Assembly (NCBI GenBank): GCA_000320545.1
Contig: ADNK01000072.1
Span: 1 to 36,479, forward strand
DNA length: 36,479 bases
DNA from: Bigelowiella natans CCMP2755
Taxonomy: Eukaryota; Protista; Cercozoa
Reading direction: 5' to 3'
The notes under the pieces were generated by a model. That model was not told the origin of the DNA, did not search any database, and worked only from the letters and a program-made list of their open reading frames with translations. Each line of letters begins with the position of its first letter. The first letter of the stretch is position 1. Made by a program: the position numbers and the translations under genes. Of this stretch, positions 1 to 10,831 are shown piece after piece.

Positions 1-62
1 TTTTCTTCTTCTTCTTATCATTATTATTATCATTATTATGAAAATGATGGATATAGTGTATA

Positions 63-431
<369 letters not shown>

Positions 432-641
432 CTTTTTTAATGTGTTTGGCATGTAATTAGTACAATTGGGAGTTTTTCTACAATTTGGACACAAATTACA
501 CGAGCGAGTTCGGGCCGAAGGAAAAAATCTTACCGAGATCCGGTAGTATGCATAAACCTTGATAAGAAGATATATCGACGATGCACTGACACTCAATATC
601 CCCCCGCCCCCTATCGTTAATGTGTTATTGTCTTGCAAAAG

Positions 642-1274
642 GTCCAACACCTTCTTGGATTATGAACAACTACTTTCCCGGAACTTTCTGGGACAAGTAC
701 ATTATTTCTGCTCGGGTCGCATATATTCGCGTGTGTGCGTGTGTGCGTGTGTGCGTGTGTGCGTGTGTGCGTGTGTGCGTGTGTTTATGCATACAAACAT
801 AAATACTCTGCAATGCTCAAGTGTGTTGTTGTCTGTGCAGGTCAACTATCGTTTTAATCGCGTCATCACAGTTTTTTGTGGAGGCAACTCAGTTTCATTA
901 GGAGCTACCTTTACCTGCGATGAATATCTGGAAAACAGTGTCCTGGTAAGGTCTATGTTAAAAGAGTGAAATGCTGAAACGAAGGAGGACAAACACTCCT
1001 GAATATTGAGCTGTGCAAACGTCTACGTACTGCATCGAATGACTTTCGAATACAGAGTCCGCATATACATGCGCACACATAATTTGGAAGGCGGGGGGGC
1101 GGGGATAAAAGGAGAAGATAAGAGTAGGATGAGGGATCAAGATGCGTGTCAAGACTGTGAAGCATGGTAACATTTGCCTTGTCTTTTTGATTACTTTACA
1201 GGATGTGATGATCACCGGCATCACCTTCGTCGCCTCGTTCAACGCTTTCCTTCTCCTTCTTTTCCAGTAATGCG

Positions 1275-1331
<57 letters not shown>

Positions 1332-1664
1332 GCTAGTGACAATACTTCTCTGCATTCGGTAGCGATCATGAAAGAATGCTGGTAAATAGTATTTAATATG
1401 GCTCCTTTCAGACAGACAGCTGCCAAACACAGCTTCGCACGTTTTTTATAGCATGGCTCTACGTTATTGTCGCCCTTCCCATCTGCCTCCAGGTTTTACT
1501 TCTTCAACTGCCAGAAGAACAATCCTGGTCAGATGGACCCGAAGACTAAGGATCTCCTCCGCGGCCAAGTGCTTGAGGGGAAAATCGTGAATGAAATCAG
1601 CGGTACTGATGGCCAAAGTCCCGTGCTGGTATTGAATAGCTCAGACACGTGTGTGGTGATGTGA
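642..1664 (+). CDS. 3' part of a spliced gene for an unknown membrane protein with a C-terminal CaaX box (TCVVM*); 5' end upstream of the window
   Basis: Phase-compatible GT-AG exons 642-715 and 841-945 (both less certain), 1202-1266 and 1493-1664 give ...DVMITGITFVASFNAFLLLLFQFYFFNCQKNNPGQMDPKTKDLLRGQVLEGKIVNEISGTDGQSPVLVLNSSDTCVVM*: one hydrophobic helix, then a polar tail. No family recognised. Confidence 0.55.
729..784 (+). repeat. (GTGTGCGT)n octamer tandem repeat, intronic
   Basis: gcgtgtgt unit repeated about 7 times. Confidence 0.9.
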
Positions 1665-2756
1665 GCGTGTGCTCGCGCTTGCGCTTGTGGCTTACATCGT
1701 GAGTTGATGTCGGTTGAATTTTGGATTTCTTGCAACGTGCGACACGTGCTTGTACCTGGAATGCCACCAACTTGTACATTCTCGTTACGGTCTTAGGCGT
1801 CGGTAGTCGATGATGAAAAGGAGGGCGGAGTAGCACTAGGTAAAAGTTGAAAAACGAAAACTAATATTCGGATACACCTTCACAAATGAATTTTAGGCCT
1901 TACGACAAGATAATAATCTTATATGTGCATGGATAGGTTCCGTGAACATGGTGGGACTCGTGAGTAGGAAAAAGCGAAATAAAAGCAACGAGAACGACAG
2001 CTCGGTCGGGGCATCTTTGTCGCCGAGTGTGGTGTCGATCCGGGGCCGAAAACCAGAAAGTATCACAATGTCTGATATGCGAGTATCCATGTGATCGGCC
2101 CTGCTCGCCATATGTATGAGAACTTATTCAATGTACGACTCGATAAGAGTGCGGAGCGTGTATAATAGACAAAGTAATATCATATGGTATTACATGTCTA
2201 TAAATGTGTGCACGCGCAAGCAGCCAGTAGCAGTATATGAGCATGTGGATACACACATATGCATGATGCGATTGTGCTACGTACTCTGATATCGATGCGT
2301 GTCGCTCACTGCTGCAAAATGATAGACACAGTAAGGTAATGATATATAATTCACAATATATGTAATACAACATTTGCTTAGCGCTGTAGCCGCTGCTTTG
2401 CATAGCTCTACGGATGACTATTGAAAAGATTTAATCAAGCCATATTACATCCGTCTCACATGCAACAACATCATGCATTGTCCATCTTCAAATGCTGGGC
2501 TTTTACAATTGTGCATGGATTAATGCATTACAACACAGCGAGCTATCTTTGCGTTGTTGCTACATCGCAGCTGTCAACATTGTAACAAAATATTTCGATC
2601 TACATTCTGCAGTTTTCCTACACAAATATTCTTATCTGAGCATATGCATCTAGCACTTAGTAGTCACAGAGTGCTATGATCATTATCAGAACTTTGCAAC
2701 TCTATGAATTGAAATTGCACATTGCTAACGAATCCGTGCGACTACACACAAAGCGA

Positions 2757-3115
2757 TCATTCTAGGATGTCCATTTTTGCAAGAACCGAGTGCAGATCTG
2801 TGTGGTCCTTGCACACCTTTCCCATGATATGTTCAATTCCCGGGCCTTTCAGAATCACCTTTCCTTCCTTGACTTCTGCAGAAATCTGTACAAATTGTCA
2901 AGTATCCATCGGGTGTGTGTGCATTCATGTACAAACACTTTGCTAAGAACTACCTTAACATCTTCAATTTTATTCAACTCTTTGATGTCATCTGGTTTTG
3001 AGCCACGGCCGGATTTGCAATTCCAGGATGTGAAGGTGATGTTTACCCCACTCTCATTTTTCTCATATGTGCCAACAAATTTATCGGCTCTACCTGTGTG
3101 TTTAGGCCTGTGGGA

Positions 3116-3163
<48 letters not shown>

Positions 3164-3465
3164 CAGAGGGAGAGGGAGGACATGCGAAGAAAGCATGTGT
3201 GCATTGAGTACCATAGAAAATAGCATCACTCCTGTCATCGTTGCCATCTAAGGTAGCGGTAAGGGTAGCGTTGTCGCCCAACGATAGCACCAGGCAGTAG
3301 TCATCATCGTATTCATTGTTTTTCCGCTTGCCGGCTTTGGACTGAGCACATTGCACACATGAGCCAGCAGTTGCACGCACTCTCGCTCTCCCACAAATGC
3401 GCCAAAAAGCAACAACACAAGGTGCGGCCCAAACTACTGTGGACCTGTGCTCGCTTGAAAGACAT
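2757..3465 (-). CDS. Hypothetical protein, 139 aa, 4 exons; possibly a small beta-barrel
   Basis: Exons 3465-3445, 3341-3212, 3093-2954 and 2885-2757 join in phase through GT-AG introns, with accATG context: MSFKRAQSKAGKRKNNEYDDDYCLVLSLGDNATLTATLDGNDDRSDAIFYGRADKFVGTYEKNESGVNITFTSWNCKSGRGSKPDDIKELNKIEDVKISAEVKEGKVILKGPGIEHIMGKVCKDHTDLHSVLAKMDILE*. Confidence 0.7.
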
Positions 3466-3902
3466 GGTGTAGACCTAGATCTGATGGAAAATGGAGAAGG
3501 GGGCTGAAAGGAAAGATTCAGCGAGCCGTTACGTTCTGAGCCGTTCACTCATCGCAGTACCCCTTGCTGTCGTCATTTCGGCGAAAACAGCCAATTTTCC
3601 GTGCAAGTGCAACTCCATCCAATGCTCGAACTCGTAGGGGATTTGCTTTCTGCGACAATCTGTAGTCACACATGCTTTCGCATTATTCAGGTGCATTTAT
3701 TCACCAGAATTTGCCTGAGAGACGCTCTGGTCGTCTGGCGGATACGGTTTTGCCACGGACGGCCGTTACTGATAGAGAAACCGCTCCAGTTGGAACATAT
3801 CTCGATTACATGTACTAGATCTACGAGTAGATCTACATGTACTCATAAGCTGGCTGTTTTACTTACCCTCTACCTCAATCATCGCAGTCATCGCAAAGTA
3901 TA
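3466..3902. promoter_or_regulatory. Probable bidirectional promoter / 5' UTR region between divergent genes
   Basis: About 440 bp separate the divergent ATGs at 3465 (-) and 3903 (+). Each ATG is preceded by a pyrimidine-rich 3' splice-site-like sequence, suggesting 5' UTR introns. Inferred from gene layout only. Confidence 0.4.
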
Positions 3903-6088
3903 ATGTCTGACCTTTTCGAAGCAACAACCAAAAAGGACCTTCCTGAGCTAAAAAGTTTAATTGAGAAAAAGGCTGACGTCAATACGAAGAATGATTATGG
4001 TGGGTAGCATCTGCAGCATTACTATCATTATTTGTTTAATTCATATAAATACGGCAACACCGTATTCAAGGAATGAGACATCGGAAAGATTTCGGCAGCA
4101 GTTGTAGTTCTTGATATTGTATACATACTATCATTACTTTTGTGTCTAATATGAAATCTGTTACCACCAGGTCAAACACCGCTGGTTTTCGGTTCCAAAA
4201 AAGGGGAATTGGAGATCGTCAAGTATCTAGTAGGCATAAAGGCGAACATCGAGGCAAGGGACAATGTAGGTGGGTAGCAGCTGCAGCATTACTAGCGTTT
4301 AGGCAATAATTGCAGTATTGGGTCAATAATAGTAGTGTTGGATTAGTGTTTTAGTGGCAGTACAAGTAATAACAATAGGATTGAGTATATGGGATTGGAT
4401 ATCACCAGGTAATACGGCTTTGATGCAGAGTTCCGACAATGGCCATTTGGAGATCGTCAAGTACCTAGTGGGCATGAAGGCAAATGTCAATGCGAAAGAC
4501 AATGGAGGTGGGCAGCAGCTACAGCATTACTAGCATTTAGGCAGCAGTTGAAGTATTGGGTGAATGATAGCAGTGTTGGATTAGTTTTTTTAGTTGCAGT
4601 ACAAGTAATGGTAAGAGGATTGAGTGGGAAGAGGAGTAGAAGTTGTAGATGTATTGGTATTATGAATCCTGGTAGTAGTAGTAGTAGTAGTAGTAGTTGT
4701 TGTTGTAGTTATGGTAGTAGGATAGAGCACACATGAAGGTTAGTATGGATGGTGGTTGGGAATTATCACGGGTCATGAACGACTCGCTGAGGTTACTGAG
4801 ATATCAGGATGAGGATAGTTCTTCATATTGCATACATGCTATTCTTATTTTTGGGATTAATATGGGTTTGAATATCACTAGGTAATACGCCGTTAATTAA
4901 GAGTTCTCACTGCGGTTACTTGGATATCGCTAAGTACCTGGTTGATATGAAGGCAGACATTGAGCAAATGGACAAAGACGGTAGGTAGCAGCTGCAGCAT
5001 TACTAGCATTTAGGCAGAAGCTGTAGTGTTGGCTGAATAATAGTAGTGTTGAATTGGTTTTTTAGTAGCAGTAGAAGCAATGATAATATGATTGAGTAGT
5101 GAGTAAGAGGAGAAGCTGTAGAGGCATTGGGTTGTGAGAAGCAACACTGATATCTTGAATCATAGTACTACTACTAGTAGTAGTAGTGCTAGTAGTAGTA
5201 ATATATGTTGGTATGGATGGTGGTTGGGAATCGTCACGGATCATGAATGACTCGCTGGGGTTAATTAGATGTTAGTGAGATGATAGTTCTTGAGATGATA
5301 GCTCTTGATATTGCATACATGTTATTGTTAATTTTATTTCTAATATGGGAACGATCATCATCAGAGGCTACGGCGTTACTACATGGTTCTTTCATGAATC
5401 GCATTGAGGTTGTCAAGTACCTGGTTGATAAGAAGGCAAACATCGAGACGAAGAGCAATCGAGGTGGATGGCAGTTGTAGCATTACGAGCATTTAGGCAG
5501 CAGTCGCAGTGTTGAGTAATTGGTAGTAGTGTTGGATTAGTAAGAAATAGAGTAGAAGTAGTACTAGTAGTTCTAGTAGTAGTAGTAGTTGTAGTTGTTG
5601 TTGTTGTTGTGGTAGTAAGATAGAACACACATGAAGGTTAGTGTGGATGGCGGTTGGGAATTATCACGGGTCATGAACGACTCGCTGAGGTTACTGAGAT
5701 AGCAGGATGAGGATAGTTCTTCATATTGCATACATGCTATTCTTATTTTTGGGATTAATATGGGTTTGAATATCACCAGGTAGTACGCCGTTAATATTTG
5801 GATCACAGCAAGGGCATTTAGAGATCATCAAGTATCTAGTAGGCATAAAGGCAAACATCGAGGCAAGGGATGATGGAGGTGGGTAGCAGCTGCAGCATTA
5901 CTAGCATTTAGGCAGCAGCTGTAGTGTTAGGTGAATAATAGTAGTGTTGAATTGGTTTTTTAGTAGCAGTAGAAGCAATGATAATATGATTGAGTAGTGA
6001 GTAAGAGGAGAAGCTGTAGAGGCATTGGGTTGTGAGAAGCAACACTGATATCTTAAATCATAGTAGTAGTAGAGGTATGTAGTAGTAA

Positions 6089-6125
<37 letters not shown>

Positions 6126-7431
6126 GAGATAGAGCACACATGAAGGTTAGCATGGATGGTCGTTGGGAATTGTCGTGGTTCATGAACGACTCGCTGAGGT
6201 TGATTAGATGGTGGTTGGGAATTATCACGGATCATGAATGACTCGCTGAGGTTGATTAGAAGTTAGTGAGATGATAGTTCTTGATATTGCATATATGTTG
6301 TTGTTAATTTTGTATCTAATATGAAATCGGTTACAACCAGGATATACGCCGTTGCATGCGGCTTGTCAACCAGGGCATTTGGAGGTTGTCAAGTACCTGA
6401 TTGATAAGAAGGCAAACATCGAAGCGAGAGACCGTCAAGGTGGATACAAGCTGTAGCATTCTAGCATTTTGGCAGCAGTCGCAGTGTTGGGTGGATGGTA
6501 GTAGGGTTGAATTAGTTTTTAGTGGTAGTAAAAGGAGGAGAAGAAGTAGAGGTATGATGTTGTGAGTAGCGGCACTAGCAATACTGGTAACATGAATCGA
6601 AATAGAATTATGTAGTTGTAGTAGTAGTAATTGTAGCAGTAGTAGTAACAAATGTTGGTATGGATGGTGGTTGGGAATTATCACGGATCATGAATGACTC
6701 GCTGAGGTTAATTGTTAGTGAGATGATAGTTCTTGATATTGCATATATGTTATTGTTAATTTTGTATCTAATATGAAATCGGTTACAACCAGGATATACG
6801 CCGTTGATTTTGGGTTCTCAAGAAGGGCAATTGGAGGTTGTCAAGTACCTGATTGATAAGAAGGCAAACATCGAAGCGAGAGACCGTCAAGGTGGATACA
6901 AGCTGTAGCATTCTAGCATTTTGGCAGCAGTCGCAGTGTTGGGTGGATGGTAGTAGGGTTGAATTAGTTTTTAGTGGTAGTAAAAGGAGGAGAAGAAGTA
7001 GAGGTATGATGTTGTGAGTAGCAGCACTAGCAATACTGGTAACATGAATCGAAATAGAATTATGTAGTTGTATACATGTTATTGTTAATTTTGTATCTAA
7101 TATGAAATCGGTTACAACCAGGTGCTACGCCGTTGATTTTCAGTTCCATTCAAGGCCATTTTGATATCGTCAAACACCTTGTTGATATGGAGGCAAACAT
7201 CAACGCGCAAACGTCGAAAGGTTTTTTGTGTGTTTAAAAATTGCATTATTTATAGTAGGTTGATTTGTTGACTAGAGAATGGTGGCTGATTATGGTATTG
7301 TGCCTCGCAAACGTTGTTTAATTTTCACACCAGGCTATGACGCATTACACTACGCTCAGAAGAGGGGCCATTCAGATATCATTACTTTTCTCAAATCGAA
7401 TAAGGCCTCGGATTGCTGTGTGCTCTTGTGA
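3903..7431 (+). CDS. Ankyrin-repeat protein, 328 aa (N-cap, 8 internal repeats, C-cap), ending in CCVLL prenylation motif
   Basis: Exons 3903-3999, 4171-4269, 4409-4507, 4882-4980, 5365-5463, 5780-5878, 6341-6439, 6793-6891, 7122-7220, 7334-7431. All introns are GT-AG and phase 1; all 8 internal exons are 99 nt and translate to the ankyrin consensus (e.g. GYTPLHAACQPGHLEVVKYLIDKKANIEARDRQ). 987 nt open to TGA. The acceptor at 3887 is in frame, so an additional upstream coding exon cannot be excluded. Confidence 0.93.
4171..7220 (+). repeat. Tandem exon+intron duplication array (units about 240-560 bp)
   Basis: Introns share a 5' block (gcagctgcagcattactagcatttaggcag-like), a (TAG)n/(TTG)n tract, a ~48-nt element and a 3' block (gatagttcttgatattgcata...caccag). 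The first ~180 nt of introns 7 and 8 differ at one position. Confidence 0.92.
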
Positions 7432-7606
7432 AACGGTCATTTATACGCCTGAATAACTCTTCGGCCTACATTATTCTTCTGTGACTGCCCTCTTGTGATG
7501 TAACTTAGCTCTACTTTGTTGTTTACATTCGAATTATCGTGTTTGTTCAGTCCAAACCAAGAGCCTAAATATGCATATATTATATATTGTTAAGTCTATA
7601 TATATA

Positions 7607-7650
<44 letters not shown>

Positions 7651-8584
7651 GCGTATAGGGCTCTAGGCGTACCCATAAATTTAACACATATTATAGACAC
7701 AGTAATAGCATATATATGATCAAAGCAGCGTGTCCAGACGTGCACCACTGCTTTGTCGTGATCATGGTTTGTTCGTGTCGTCCAAGTTCGCTAGCTGGTT
7801 CGGTTCGTGTCACACGCGTAGACAGCTAGGCAGTGTGCAGAGTGCACATCGTCATGTCACGTGACACGCGTTGAGTATACACCATCCAGCCACGTGCACA
7901 AGACGCCCAGAAAGCTGCATGTGAGCGCAGAACTTGCTGGCTGGCTCTTGCATTGGTGCCATATCGATCTAGCTACACCAACACTGCGCTGCATGGGCGC
8001 CAACACTGTCCGGCCTGCGCAGCATTAACTGAATGATCTCAAGCATCAATTGCATGAAAAGCACCAACTTAGCAAGGCGTCAAGCACAGAGAGATGGATT
8101 GTGGACCCATTGTTGAGAGACAAGTGCACACCACTGCATGCGTGCGTCCGGCTGTGTCTCTGCAATCATTGTGTCAATCCATCTATAGCTAGTTAGCTAG
8201 CATTCAATAATAAGCCATGCAAACCAGTCGTTCCACGCCATGCACGTCCTCACGCGCGTGCAGTTCTGAATTACGAACACGTGATGTCATTCACTACTAG
8301 TTGATGCGCAGCATGATCAAGACAATGAACACTGCTAGCACGTGCAGAGTTCACGCATGCTAGTGCTGTGTCACAGCTGGTCATGTCACATTGGATTCCT
8401 TGTTGCTGCAAATGGTCTAACAATGACTAATGTCGATGCATATGCGAGACTCTCTAGATCTGTTTGCTAGCCAAAGGAAAATTAATCGTATTCGATTATT
8501 CGATGAACTTACAACCATGCGCACGCATCCAGTACGATACACATGTGCTGTGATGGTTCTTCAGATTCTCCTGGAATAGGAAAA

Positions 8585-9778
8585 TCACTCATCACTTGAT
8601 GTCTTCCTGCGCCTACGTTTGCCACCGTTAGTCGATGAGCCACCTTGAGAGAGAAGGGCTGCAACAGAGGCCTTAATGTCCTCAGGTTTGATTCCATCTA
8701 ATGTAATGAGCCTCATTCTTCGTTGCGGATCTTTCTCATTTCGTATTGCATCTAATCGGGCAGCTAAGGTGTCCCTCTTTGGAGGTTCTACCAACTTTGG
8801 CAGCTCAGTCTCTGGCTTCTTTTGTAAAGTGACGTACATCCCTGGCCAAAAACAACAGACGAGAAATTTTTTCAATAGCTGTTATCACGCGTTGGTGTCA
8901 GGGGATGAGCGACCAAAAGAATACCCCATTTTTACGGGCTGTGAAACATTTTAGCAATATTCATCGTTCAAATTGTTTTACTAACACCATTGCTTTCAAG
9001 GACATGATATTCTTAGATAGGCATTTTAAAGAACAACTTTAACGACTCATTTCTCACCGTTTTCTTGGCAGATTTTCAGTAGCGCTGATGGCGGAAGGGA
9101 CTTTATTTTCCCATTCGGTGGTAGTATCACTGTTCCTGGCTCCGACATTTGTTTCTTCAGTTTCTCGACATATCCCATTGTAGCTTCATAAGACTCGAAG
9201 GCAACAATGACCTCCTTGGTGCTTCCATCGTCCTGCTGGACAATATTGTAGTAAATCATCTCATTCCCTCCATCAGTGAACGTGATAATGAACACTTCCT
9301 CCGCCGTATTCCAAAACTTAGCGTCTTTTGTTTGCTTCGATCCTCCTAAGACGATTCTCTTCTGCAAGGCTAATCGAATACTGTTAACGACGCCAGAGAG
9401 CACATTTCTGGTTGTTTTGATGATCTGCTGCTCTATCGACGAATCGCTTGCATTATTTTTGGGTTGATCTGGTGAGGTTCCATCCATATCATCGTTTGTA
9501 GCACCGTAAACGAAGAGCCCAGATCGTCTGTTTCGACTCATCGAAGATCTTGTTCGAAAGTTGTCGCGAACGGTGCTCCAACCTTCCTCTCGTTTGGCTC
9601 CAAGGCGAAGGCGCGGACAATTGAGTGCGATCTTCGAAGATATATATCTATTCGAAAGGTATGAGGGAGTGCGGACAGTGGGCTTAGATCCTAGTGCAGG
9701 AACCCAGAAAATGGCTCCATAAAGAAAGATTATAGAGACTGAATGAGGCATCCTTTCCTGATTTCGAGTTGGCGCCAT
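8585..9778 (-). CDS. DUF3110-like protein with signal peptide plus transit-peptide-like leader (probably plastid-targeted), about 325 aa, 2 exons
   Basis: Exons 9778-9058 and 8841-8585 join in phase 1 (G|GTGAG...CCAG|GG). Hydrophobic SVSIIFLYGAIFWVPALG is followed by an R/S-rich stretch. The core VFIITFTDGGNEMIYY...EVIVAFESYEATMGYVEKL...ALLKICQENG resembles the cyanobacterial/plastid DUF3110 pattern as recalled; not searched. Confidence 0.7.
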
Positions 9779-10831
9779 GGAAAAATAAACTTGATATTAT
9801 AATAGTCCTATATAGTCTCCTGCGGATTCAGTCGGATTGGCTAGGAATCCGTCGCCCCGTGAGAGGATTCCATAGCCTTACGAGCACGTTCAGATGTGTG
9901 GGCAGAGAAGAGGTACTCTTACAACCTGAAGTTGTTTTCGTTAAGGGATCACTCCAACAATCAATTTCAGATGTTTTATCGATAACAATTTATCGGATCC
10001 GAGTGAACGATGAGAGTCCATTTTTTAGGAAATTTCTTCGATGTGCATTCCGAAAGAATAAACTAAATTAGACAACAATGGGCAATGCTCGCAAATGAAC
10101 AATCATAGGAACTAATCTCAAGGATGATTTCAGTTTGCAATATATCCTACCGTTCTTTGCATTATTTTATTGCACGAAAATGCATGGTTTGCTACGACAC
10201 GCACAGGGTAAACGCCTCTGCGACAATGCCCGGATGCTCTAAAATTTTATCTAGAAATCGCTGCAGGTACGGAAGGTTCTTGGACTGGGAGAAACAAACA
10301 AGGCATACTTACTACAAGGGAAGGCTGCGTACGACAAGGAAGAGATTCGATTCTGGATGGAAATTCGAGGCCGTTGAGCTGTTCGATTTATTTGTTTCGC
10401 CAACGAAAAAAGTATAACTTGCTGCCTCCCGCGGACCGGTTTTCGAGGAGCCCAAGAGATATTTTGCACCTTTCCAGTTGGTCTCTTTTCCATGCAGAAA
10501 AGAACCTGCGACAATGAAATCCACATGCCGTTAAAATTCGGCGCGGGGATTCCTCAACAAGGGTTTGTGATTTTGTGTCAGATTCCACCCCCGGAATACA
10601 ACCGGCTTAGCCTCCTCCTTCGTTTGGTGCTGGCTTCGGATCAGGAACGCTATCGTGCTTGCGGGGATTGGAATAAACTGTAGAAATTCGAATTTGTTGT
10701 GTGCTATGAAAGAATGTCATTTTTTAGCTTTGGAGCTTCGAATACCGTGCGGCGGGTGGTGATAGGCCTTACATTCTTTGCACTGCTAGGGCAATCTTCG
10801 CTTCGGGGCCTGCACTGGAACACGTCAAACG

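Noticed and set aside
642-1664. First gene as a PQ-loop/MPDU1 protein
   Set aside because: Only a loose resemblance in the last helix; the GQLS word is in a frame closed by a stop and no PQ motif is seen.
4747-6709. Regularly spaced ~48-nt repeats as a CRISPR array
   Set aside because: Spacing is hundreds of bp, the intervening DNA is homologous intron/exon sequence, there are no cas genes and the context is eukaryotic.
4747-6709. Intronic element as a C/D-box snoRNA
   Set aside because: The C-like (atgaatga) and D-like (ctga) words are only a few nt apart, leaving no guide or terminal stem.
6341-6891. Diversity-generating retroelement (template/variable repeat pair)
   Set aside because: Differences are not adenine-specific and no reverse transcriptase is present in the window.
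9800-10800. Short ORFs between the DUF3110-like and E3 genes
   Set aside because: No recognisable motifs or coherent splice model; more likely divergent promoter/UTR, though a small gene is not excluded.
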